Origin: Euglena gracilis
Taxonomy: Eukaryota
Direction of reading: 5' to 3'
Length of the DNA stretch: 64,000 bases
Assembly (NCBI GenBank): GCA_039621445.1
Contig: CP154954.1
Span: 26,238,954 to 26,302,953, forward strand
Under the pieces are notes generated by a model, which was given only the letters and a program-made list of their open reading frames with translations, searched no databases and was not told the DNA's origin. Of this stretch, positions 12,600-23,207 are shown in pieces. A program made the position numbers and the translations under genes. Every line of letters starts with the position of its first letter. Position 1 is the first letter of the stretch.

Positions 12600-14950
12600 C
12601 AAGCTGCAAGTGCACCACTTATTTGCAACCGCTGCTTTTACCCCTCACTTAATTCTCATCCTCAAACCCTTGCAGCTCATTTTACCAGTAAACACTGACT
12701 CACACGTGGGACAGCTCAAATGCTCTTCGCAGCAAACCCCCAAATTTCCGAAATAACACCCATTGTGGTAGATATCCACATACTATTGCAGGAAATAATG
12801 GAAGGCGGGGAAACACCTGGGAGAAATAAATTTACATCGGCGCTTCGGCACCCCCAGCCCCCTCCCCGCTTTCATGACACCAGGCCCATTTTCTTTTCCC
12901 ATGCATTTAAATGTGGAAGCAGTGCACGCCCCATCCCCCTCCAGACCGGGGTGAGACACAGCTCTCTCCACGGTCTGTTGAATTTGTGCTGATGTATCTC
13001 ATTGGTGTGCACCAACCATTTTCTGTTTTCTTTTGGAGTTTTAACCTTGGACCGGTCACAATGGGCCTGACACCATGTTTCTGCCATCCCCCCCCCCCCC
13101 CCCCCCCGCCCCAGCTCACCCACCAGCTCTCCACCGAGAATGGTGAACGCCGACTCCCCCTCCCGCCGGCACCCACCGTCCAGCACCCGGGAACCCTGCC
13201 CCAACTGTGCCTCCACCCACATCCCATCACACCCAACCCACCACCACCCCACCCTACGCTTCAAAAATTTTGGGACCTCTTCCCCCCGCTTTTTTTTAAC
13301 TTTGTTCCAGCCGCTGAAGTGCAACCATTTATCTGCAACAGCTGCTTTTACCCTCGCTTAATTCTCATCCTCAAATTTCTCTTGCAGCTCATTTCAGCCA
13401 GTAAACACTGACTCACACGTGGGACAGCTCAAATGCTCTTCGCAGCAAACCCCCAAATTTTTCCGAAATAACCCATTGTGGTAGATATCCACATAAAATA
13501 CATTTCTAAATTGCAGGAAATAATGGAAGGCGGTGGCTACTACATCCTTCTCCCCTTCATGCATTTTCCCATGCATTTGTACAGTGCACGATCCCTCCTG
13601 TGAGCTCTCTCCTCTTTTTTGCTGATGTATCTCATTGGTGTGCACCAACCATTTTCTGATTTCTTTTGACTTTTAACCTTTCCTGGGCCTCAATGTTCTG
13701 TTTCTGCCAGCTCCCAGCTTCCACCGAGAATGGTGTCCCCTCCCGTTACCCTCTGTGCCACACCCACAGACACACCCACCCCAAGTCTTCAAGAATTTGG
13801 GGACCGCTTGTCTCTGAAGCTGCAACCATGCAGCTCCAGCTCACCCCTCCACACATGACACAAGGCACCCAGCCACCGCCACTGGAAATACACATAAAGG
13901 AAATAAAAACAATTGCATTTGTGAATTTCAGGAAATACAGAAAGGCGGGGGATCACCTGGGAGAAATAAATTTACATCGGCGCTTCCGGCACCCCCTGCC
14001 CCCTCCCCGCTTTCATGACACCAGGCCCATTTTCTTTTCCATACATTCATATGTGGCAGCAGTGCACGCCCCATCCCCTCCAGACCGGGGTGAGACACAG
14101 CTCTCTCCACGGTTTGTTGATTTTGTGCTGATGTATCTCATTGCATTACATCAGCATGCACATATTGTGCGCACCAACCATTTTATGATTTCTTTTGCTG
14201 CCTCTTGGACTTTGAACCTTGGGCCTGGCACCGTGTTTCTGCCAGCCCCCTCCGCCCCCCCCCCCCCAGCTCACCCACCAGCTCTCCGACGGAAATGGTG
14301 GACGCCGACTCCCTCCCCCCCCCGCCAGCACCCTCCGTCCGGCACCCGGGAACCCTGCCCCGGCCCTGCCTCCACCCACTACCCACCATACCCACCCCCC
14401 ACACACCAGGAGCACCCTAATCTTTAAGAATTTGGGAACCTCTTCTTCCCTCCGTTTTGTCTGAGCGTGGCTCAAGCCTGCTTAAGTGCAACCATTTACC
14501 TGCTTCTGCCCCTTTTAACCTTTTCTTACCTATCCGCGACAGATCACTCTTTCAGCCCATCTAAGTCACTACACACTGAAAAACCTGTGGGACAGCCCAA
14601 CTAGTCTTCGCTGCGAACCCCCAATTTCTAAATGAAACCCCACTGTGGTAGAAACCCCCTTGAGTTAGTAAGATTAACATCCCCAAATTTCATGGAAAGG
14701 CACCCAGGGGAAACAGTTTTTTTATCAGCCCCTCGCATTCCCAGCCTCCCTATTTTTATGACACCAGTCTCCCATCCATTCTTACATGCACCACCGTGTG
14801 CAGTTCACCTCCCCGCCCCGTGCCCCCTCCAGACCACGGTGAGACACAGCTCTTTCCGCGGTTTGTTGAATTTGTGCCGATTTATTTCACAGCCTGCATC
14901 AGCATGCAAGCATATTTTTTACGAGCACCAACCAATGCATAGTTTCTTCT
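12600..14950. repeat. Degenerate tandem modules (3-4 copies, about 0.5-0.8 kb)
   Basis: GTGGGACAGC(T/C)CAA at about 12706, 13419, 14587; ATGACACCAG at about 12874, 14015, 14758. Confidence 0.8.
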
Positions 14951-16520
14951 GCTGCCTCACCAAAATTTACAACCTCCCCCATCTTGCTCCATTTATAACA
15001 CAATCACCCCGTTGTTTCCCCTCTTCAGGACAACCCAAATCAACCCGTGTTACCTGGCCCATCGAGCTTCTGGATAACCCCAACCACCCCATCTATCTCA
15101 CCCACTGAATTTCTTCCACCCCTCAGTGTTTAACCGCGAACTTCCGGGTACCCAATATATTCCGCCCTGTCTTGCCCACCATGATATATTTATTCTGCAA
15201 AAACCCATGGTGTTTCTCCCACGAACTTCTGGACACCCTCATCCCTGGTTTCAGACCCATCAAATTTCTGGACTACACCAATTACCCCATCCCATGTTGT
15301 TTTACCCACTAAACCCCGTGGTGTTCAACCCACCCAATTTGTGGACCCACCAATGATGTCTTACTCACCGACTTTTGTTTCACCTCCAACCACCCCAGTG
15401 TGTCCAACCCTCCGAACTTCCAAGGTGTGCTACGCGCCGCACTTCTGAACAGCCCCCCCCCCCCCCTGTGCTGTTCTTCACACCGACTGCCCAGACCCCC
15501 CAAAGGCTCCGGATAACCACAGCCAACCATGCTCGCCCTTTCCTTTGGACACCCTGTACTTTGGACTCCTCTCCGCGCCTCCTGTGTCATTCCCTCCCAC
15601 TGTTCACCCACACTTTTTTTTTCCCTATCCCCCACCCCGTATTTTTACGGTACTCTCTAGTTTTCGCAACTCACTCTATTTACCCCCTGGACACTAAACC
15701 CCACACCCCCCCACAGGCGAACCCCCAACAAATCCCAAAATCCTACATCAAATCTTAATGCCCGGGCTCCGGGGGTGCCCTCCTGAGTGGTGCTTGTGTA
15801 CGCCCACGGCTGGAGGCACTGCGCAGCAATGCGGGGCACTACAAATCCAAATCCAAAATCCCCACCTGCAAGGGGGGTCCGGACCGACCCTCGGGGGGGT
15901 TCCCGGGACCCCCCCCAAAAAGGGTCAATTTTTTCCTCCGGCGCTTCGCGCCGAAAATTTTTTGCATTTTTGGCACATTTTTGCCCAAAAAGTGCCCAAA
16001 ATGGCACGTTTGGTCGTTTTGGGGGGTCAAAAAATTTTCGGCCACCCTGACCGCGCACCTGTTTAGGTGGGGGGGGGTGCCCCCCCCCCCCCCCCCCCCC
16101 CTCCTGGCCCGCAGGGGGGGGTCCGGACCACCCCCCCCCCCTCCTCTCCTTATATCGAACCCTGCCCCCCCCCGGGGGGTCTACTAACAGGGCTAGCTGG
16201 TGGAATTTTTTTTCCAGTGACCGGCGCGAAGCGCCGGAATTTTTTTTGACCCCCCAAAATGGCCCAAAAATGCCCGTTTTTGGCCATTTTTGGGAATTTT
16301 TGGAACAAAATCAGCCCAAAACCTATTGAAAACCTCATTTCCACCTCGGCGCACAGCGCCGGAGGAAAATTTTTTCCACGCGGGGGGCCCCCCCGCCCCC
16401 CCCCCCCCCCGGGGGGGGAGGGGGGTCTAGCTAGTCCATTTTTTCCAGTGTGTAGCCGATTGGCTAGCCTGTACCCCCCCCCCCCGGGGGGGGTCCTTAA
16501 GCAAGGGCCCGTTTGAGGGC

Positions 16521-16858
16521 TAACCCCCCCCCCACCTATAAGAAACCCGTTTCTATAGGTGGGTTTCCAAAAAATGGCCCGAGGGGTTTCTTATAGGTGG
16601 GGGTTTCTTATAGGTGGGTTTCAATGTCCGAAAAAGTTTTGAGCCGACAAAAAGCCAAAAGTGGCCAAAAACGGTCAAAAATTTCCTTCGGCGCCTTTGG
16701 CGCCGAAGAAAAAAGGGGGTGGTTGGGTTCAAAGCTCCCCAGGGGTTTCTGAGAGGTGGGGGTTTCTTATAGGTGGGCGCGGTCCGAAAATGCCCAAAGG
16801 GTTTCTTATAGGTGGGGGTTTCTTATAGAGGGGGTTTTCTTATAGGTGGGGGGGTTTA
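16521..16858. mobile_element. MITE with AACCCCCCC...ATAAGAAACCC type termini
   Basis: CCCCCCACCTATAAGAAACCC ... TTCTTATAGGTGGGGGGGTTT with internal GGGTTTCTTATAGGTGGG repeats; related to 44525-45061. Confidence 0.65.
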
Positions 16859-17656
16859 AACATTTCCAATCCAGCTGGGTTTGTACTTTTTTTTGTGCGC
16901 CAACCAGGTCCAGCTGCCAGCTGGCCGTGCCCCCCGCCCCCCTCGGACCCCACCTGGGGGTCCAGCCATTACCTGTCTGGTTCGAGCCCCCCTGCAGTGG
17001 GACTCATTTGGGCACACGTGCAGCCTCGGCATCCAAAAAGGCTCCTTCTTGCGCCTATTTTTTTACAAGGTTGTTCTTCAATGAAACCAAATGAAGCCTG
17101 CAATAGCATGAATTCCCAGGAATAGCATTAAAATGCATGTGGTGAGATCAGACAGCAGACTTCGATCATTTTTGGACCCCCGTTTGAACCTTCACCAGGG
17201 AGCCCCTCTACCAAGCCCAAACCAGTTCACCACAAGGGCACTTGACCGAAGATGGCCAAAAATACCATTTTTGGCAAGTTTTGATGAATATTCCACGAGC
17301 TATCAACCTCAAAATGACCATTTTGAGAGGGGAAACTAATATTTGGAGATGGAGATGTCGGAGAAGTTGAGAAGTGGAGAGATAGACACAGATAAGGGTA
17401 ACGATACATGGCAAGTGTTAAGTTTAGTACCGCCCCTGGGGGGGTCATTAAACTTGACACCAGGTATGCCATTGGGGAATTGCCTTGGGGTTAGTGAGGG
17501 CGTAAAGTTAGGGTTAAGACTGGCCAGCCTGAGTTTGGCCTCACTCCCCCGGTCACAGGTTGCAGGTTGCGAAAATTTTAACACCACCTTACCTACGACC
17601 GCCCCCTCATTTACGACCCCCCCCCCCCGGTCACAGGGTGTGCTACCACCCTTTAG

Positions 17657-17812
17657 GGCTGGACACATTGCTGTCGGATGAGGACATCATGTCGTTCCTC
17701 ACCACCCAGTGTGGTCCACTGATGCACCAGAAGGTCATCCGGGATACGTTGCACACCAAGCACTACGGCTTCTTCACCTTCCACGCCTGGGATAGCTTTC
17801 GGAAGTGCCTAG
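17657..17812 (+). CDS. RRM/SR-like protein, exon carrying the RNP1-like motif
   Basis: TTTAG| acceptor; GLDTLLSDEDIMSFLTTQCGPLMHQKVIRDTLHTKHYGFFTFHAWDSFRKCL; KHYGFFTF resembles RNP1; phase-1 G|GTGTGG donor. Confidence 0.85.
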
Positions 17813-18411
17813 GTGTGGGTGACAATGATCGACAGCAGGCTGCCAGATTTGCATATGACATCATGCCACCCATCCACACCAACACCCACCGGCCACCCAT
17901 CCACCCACCCACCCACCCACCCACCTACCCACCTACCCACACACCCGCCTACATCCACCCACCTGGACCTTGTGAACTCGTCGTAGGTGGCCATTTTCAG
18001 GGTGTTCGAGTCATTTCCTTAGATATTAATTGGGTAATTTACGCTGCCGGAGCCGCATTTACACGCACGTGGATGTGCACACGCAGGTGCACGCACGCAT
18101 TTACGCGCTCGTGCATGTGCGCACACCTCCTGACGCCACGGCTCATGTTCGGTACGCTTCTCATGATGTGTTAAAACGCCGAAGGCGCCGATGGGCCCGG
18201 ATAGAATGAAACAAAGGATGCAACTCAGGAGAATTCTCTGGCCCACGTTTGTCTCGTTCAGAGGAGAATTCGTTTAGAAGTCAAACAAGAGAAACAAAGA
18301 TCATTCATCGTTATCTATGAAACCCTCCTCTCCGCTCTGGGAGGGTCAGTCCACGCTGTTCCACGCTTTTTGCCGGGGTCTGCCAACCCCCCGTCCCACG
18401 CACACGTCCAG

Positions 18412-18524
18412 AGCTGGATGGGCACGTCGGCGTCGGCCGCTTCACCCTGACTGTCTCTGTCTCCATGAGCGCAGCCGCCCGGAACCCGACGGTCCAGCCC
18501 ACCAGTGCCCGGCCCGACCGGGAG
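18412..18524 (+). CDS. RRM/SR-like protein, exon completing the RRM
   Basis: CCAG| acceptor, phase 1; ELDGHVGVGRFTLTVSVSMSAAARNPTVQPTSARPDRE (typical RRM C-terminal LDG..GR.L.V pattern); phase-0 |GTGTGC donor. Confidence 0.8.
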
Positions 18525-21500
18525 GTGTGCCGCCATGGTGTTACCCGGGCACCCCCCCCCCCCACAGTGCAGCGAGAAGTTTGTGGCTCCGACCACCAGA
18601 TTTTTTTTTAAAAGGTTTGGGACCTGGGGGAGGAGGGTGGGGGTTGGCCGATTGGGTACCCCCTGGAGGGTGGCCTCTATTTTTGGCAGAAGCGCCAAAC
18701 ATTTTTTTTGGAGTCCAAAATTGACCCTTCGAAGCGGGGGTCCCTCCATCCCCCCTCCCGGGGCTCCCCAAGGGTGGGTGGGTGGGCGGGTCTGGGCCCC
18801 AAAAACCTGGACCTTGACTTAATTTGCTCAATTTGTGCAAAGGAACAAAGAATCATCCAAAATTCGAGTTTGGTTGCCTCCGTTGATAAGCAATCCAAGT
18901 CATTTAGATTGCAAACTGGACACACACGCCCACACACACGCGCACCCACAAATTATCGCATGAGGTCAGGAAAGAATGCAGAATATGTTTGCAAATATTT
19001 CGAATTGTTGTCATTTGTTTGAAGTTCTCTGTTTGCCAACTGCCGTCCGCGGCAACACCACGGCCATGGATGGTCAGGCCTGGTCGAAACCTTGGCCCGG
19101 CTGTAGTCAGCTGCAGTTGTACAAAACCCAACGAGGCCAGGGATGGATTTTTGACTGGCTGGAAAGTAGACGGCCCGTTGCAACCAGGCTGGTTGGAGTT
19201 TTCCTCGCCGCGGGTAGCTGCAGCTGACCCGCAGTTGACCGCAGCCGACGGCAAGCTGGCCGCGAACAGCGTGGCGGGGCCAAATCCATCCGCCCCAGAA
19301 ATGCGTTGGTCGGAACGGCGAGCAGCCGCGGCCAGCTGTAGCCGGCCACCAAATGGCGGTTGATGCAGCCATAGCCAGCCGCGGCCGGCTGTGGCAGCAA
19401 CCAAACGCACTGCCCCCTCCCACAGCAACCCTGGGCAAAGAGGGCGTTTTTGTGGCTCCACTGAGCCTCGACTTACACCCCCTAGAGACAACCACCCAAC
19501 CAGATTCTATAATACTCCGCGAGTTATGAGTGGGGGAGGTGTTGGGGGGGGGCTTCCCACCCCACTCCACCCCCACCCCCACCATATGATTTCCATGTTC
19601 CCCGTTCGGCCTGCTTCTGAAGCAGGCTGTTGATTTCAGGTTTGGACCGGTCAGAGGGAAAGCCCTGGGGATATTGGGGGTAAGCTGTAGAAAATTGGGT
19701 GGACAAAATTTAGGATGGGAAATCGAACGGTTCAGAAAAGGTTCAGAAAAGTTTGACGACTTGGGGCTCAAAAAATGCTATCGTGTTTTTACGGCAAGTT
19801 TCTAAAAACACATCCAAGTGACCTGCCCTTGAAAGTGTCTGGGTCCCCCAACAACATCGGATTTTTATGATGACGCCTGGAACGCGTTGGGGGATACGCC
19901 GGCCCTACGTCTGTGGATCTTCCCCATTTTCCAGTTGTTGCCGGTGTTGAAACCTGGGGGTCAAAATTTGGTGTTTCTGGCCCTCCGAAACATGTCGCCA
20001 AGTTGCGATTCCCCCCCGGGAAAAATAAGATGTTACCCAAAATACACGAAACCCCTGGTCTTGTCCGCCACATTTCCTGCATGGCAACTGCCAGTGCCAA
20101 GCAGTGTTCTGGAGGTCCAGTGACAGGCCCACCCCTTTGCTTTCTGATTGCCTGCAGCACCCTGTGAAGATTTTGAACTGCAGTCTATTGCTCAAGGATT
20201 CGCAGTACCCCCTCCCCCCCCGGGGGGCTGGACTGCAACTATTCCAAATTTGACAACTGGAAATTTTTGTGTACCCCCCGGGGGGGGTCCACCAGCAGGG
20301 CTAGCTAGCAAAAATATTTTTTCCAGTCGAGGTGACCCTGGGGGGGGGGACCAGCTGGTCCATTTTTTTCCAGTGTCTAGCAAATTGGCTAGCCAGTGGA
20401 CCCCCGGGGATATATGGGAGTGCATATTTTGCCTACGTTTCCGCATATATAGCACACATTTCACTATTTTTTTTGGCCGGGGTACTTATAATATCAGTTG
20501 TTTTAGAAATCACACCCTTTTCTTTCATCGCTGACTTCCGGGCTATTGCTTGAAGACCCCAGTGGTGGGGGGCACTTAATTTTGGATGGGTTGCTTAAAT
20601 TTGGGGGGTTACAGCAAGGGAGGAATGTGCAAGGTGCATAATTTGCATTCTTATACATAGTGAAAAATTTGTGAAAAGGCTCATTTTTGCATTTTTTTTG
20701 AATATTTTGCCTTTCCATTTTTTGGGGGGTGTTTGTAAAGGCAAACTTTCTCCACTTTCGGACAATTGGTAGTTGCATACCTCACTTTTTTTTGACCAAT
20801 TTCACATTACCAGTAGTTGTAGACCGAAATATATGTGGATGATGCAACTAGGTGAACGAACTGTATCACTTCGCAGGTTTGCAGCATATGTTCCTTTGGT
20901 GTTTCATTTTGGGGCAGGTGAATTTTTTCGAAGTCCTCTCCAGGAAAAATGTGTACAGCCCTGGGGAGCCCTCAAAGGAATTTACAGGTGGCTTGCATTT
21001 TTGACATTTTCTTTGCACTTTTTTTTGCATTTTTTTTTCATTTTTTGCATTGCATATTTTGAGGATCCTTGTTGCATAATCCCCCCCCTGGTTACAACCC
21101 CTGACCAGGGGTTGGTCGGTACACAAGGTGGTTGGTGGGAAAAAGGGGGGGGGGCGCTCACATTTCGCATGTTTTGTGCATATTTTGAGGTTTTGCAGGA
21201 GTTTTCTACCGCATATTCCACCATTTCCGCATATTGCGCATTTTTCTTTGGTGTCAATTTGGGCCGTTTCATACTATTTGGGGCTTTGCCTTCCTTTTTG
21301 GGCCGTTTTCCGTCATCTTGGTCACTGTTGGGCATATTTTGCCCATTTTGGGCCATTGTCAACCACTTTTTTGGTCATATTGCAGGTCAAATGAATGAAA
21401 GTCTCCAATCCAATCAATCACTGGGCATGGCTGGGCATGATTGAAAGATTTGAGTATCCAGAAATTCAGGGGGAACAGTTCCTTGTTGAAAGCTTCATTG

Positions 21501-21769
21501 CCAACCGCTGAACCGTTCAGAAAGATGACTGTCTGAATGTGCAAATGGCAATCTGCCAGCAATTAATTTTGTGTATTTTCGCCATCTTTTCTTCAAAAAA
21601 GTGCAACGCTGCCTCTTGCAGTTTTGTGCACACGCCACTGCTTGTATTAGCAGACGATGGGATGATTGGTGTTCTTTATGGCATGGCTCGGTGTTGCTGG
21701 GGTTTTGGTTTGATTTTGATCAGAGCTGCATTCCAATGTCACCGCCTCCTGTTTTCGTGTCCTCCGCAG

Positions 21770-21857
21770 GCGCGCCACCCCCCTCGCTCACGGCGGTCCC
21801 CATCCCGGTCCCTCTCAGGCACCGAGGAGCAGCCCCCCCCCCCCCGCCCTCATCCAC
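21770..21857 (+). CDS. RRM/SR-like protein, Arg/Ser/Pro-rich exon
   Basis: Pyrimidine tract plus GCAG| acceptor, phase 0; ARHPPRSRRSPSRSLSGTEEQPPPPRPHP. End is 21857 (nonconventional) or 21859 (GC donor). Confidence 0.65.
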
Positions 21858-21929
21858 AGGCAGACTGATGTTCACAGCGTTGGATTTGGTTTTCCGGATC
21901 TAACGTCCGGGAACTGAACTTCTGACCCT

Positions 21930-22116
21930 GCAGCGGCGACACGAGGCGTGGGAAGCCCTCGGCGCCTGGGCGCGGTCACGGTCACGGTCGCGGTCGCCGG
22001 CTCGAGCCCGCCACAGCCCCGGGTCCGCCGGGCGCCGGCCGCCTGCCGGGGGGGCGGCTCAGGCAACCGGCCATCCCGCTTCGAACGCCAGGGGGTCTTC
22101 CACATACGCTGACGCC
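21930..22116 (+). CDS. RRM/SR-like protein, RS-repeat exon (boundaries approximate)
   Basis: GC-rich; one frame reads RRHEAWEALGAWARSRSRSRSPARARHSP. The 3' end is unresolved. Confidence 0.5.
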
Positions 22117-22964
22117 ATAGCAGCGGTCACTGCATTGGGGTCTTCGCACCTTGGGCCCCGCAGTCTCCAAACGGTGGGAGCGTGGGCAGGGCTGAATACC
22201 CGGGAAACCCGGCCGGTGGGTGGGACTTTCCCACCCCCACCGCAAAGAAGCATTCCTTCTGCGTCCTCCAGGATGGGGGTGGGGGGGGTCGGACCGAAAA
22301 CAGTGATTTCTTCAGCCAAAGGCAAAAAAGGGGATCCCATCAGTCCCCCCCCCCCCCAGCCAGCAGTTCCTATTGGGCAGCCAACCCCTGCTGCGGCGAT
22401 CCGCTGAACAGTTGCAGCCAAGTGCCACCTGGTAGATTTTTTCTTTTGCGGTGCTGTGGTGGGGGTGGGTGTCCCATCCCCCTCCCAGGTGGGGGGTCGG
22501 CTTCCTCCATCAACCCTTCCCGTACAGGCCCGAAGGCAGGGTCGCAGATTTCTCGGGAATGGAAGCGTGGATCAGCTGTGTCCATTGCTTTCGGAGGGTG
22601 CGCAGTTGCGGCTGGCTGCTCTGAAAGAGGCTCAATTTCGGGGCGGGACTTTACAAATTTGCATCCATGGCATTGCTGGGGGGTTTCTTGCCAATCCCCA
22701 CATCCAGTGGGACAATGAACACCCGAGGGGCTGTCCGGGCAACGTCGGCAGAAGTAGTCTTTGCCCCCTTCGCGCGCTTCTGACCCAGAGCAGGAATCGG
22801 GTGCGGGGGGGGGGGGGTGGCAAATGCGGTTTCACCCGTTTTTTTTTTTTTTGATTTTCAATTTTGGCAAAATTGGTGTTTCTTTGTTTTCTTTCCATGT
22901 CGCGTTTTCCGTTGCGTTCTCCCCCTGCGATGTGGCACGCGACCTACGCGCAACGCTGTTCCCC

Positions 22965-23207
22965 GCGTCCCGCCGCCCCCGCCCTCCCCATGCCCCGAGC
23001 CGCCCCCCCCTGCACATCGACCCCGGAACCGCGCGGCACCGGTCCCCGAGCACCGGTGACCGGCCGGCGCGGCGGGGCGGCAGCCGCGACCGCGAGCGGG
23101 AGCGGAGCCGGGGGCGGGGCCCGGCCCGGCCCAGCCCCCGGCGGGCGGGTCGGGACGCCCGGCCCGGTGGGGACCGCAAGCGGAAATACATGTGGGAGAG
23201 CGAGTGA
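22965..23207 (+). CDS. RRM/SR-like protein, probable last exon (5' boundary approximate)
   Basis: RHRSPSTGDRPARRGGSRDRERERSRGRGPARPSPRRAGRDARPGGDRKRKYMWESE, TGA at 23205-23207; RS/RE/RD-rich tail with a basic RKRK patch. Confidence 0.6.
   Translation, partial: ASRRPRPPHAPSRPPLHIDPGTARHRSPSTGDRPARRGGSRDRERERSRGRGPARPSPRRAGRDARPGGDRKRKYMWESE

Larger units (their letters stand above)
2712..15859 (+). mobile_element. 13.1-kb C-rich insertion with 13-bp flanking duplication, no recognisable enzyme ORF
   Basis: CCCCACCTGCAAG at 2699-2711 and 15860-15872; ends in AAATCCAAATCCAAAAT; built internally from duplicated modules and a minisatellite. Confidence 0.6.
2594..16164. mobile_element. hAT-like MITE family A, split by a 13-kb insertion (pieces 2594-2711 and 15860-16164)
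   Basis: TIR CAGGGTTCGATATAAG ... CTTATATCGAACCCTG; C8 run on both sides; the joined halves match the intact copy at 39891-40283. Confidence 0.8.
2503..16511. mobile_element. hAT-like MITE family B, split by nested insertions (pieces about 2503-2593 and 16165-16511)
   Basis: Ends CTGGCTTCTGCTTAAG ... CTTAAGCAAGGGCCCG; flanking TTTGAGGG at 2495-2502 and 16512-16519; the joined halves match the intact copy at 52227-52633. Confidence 0.75.
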
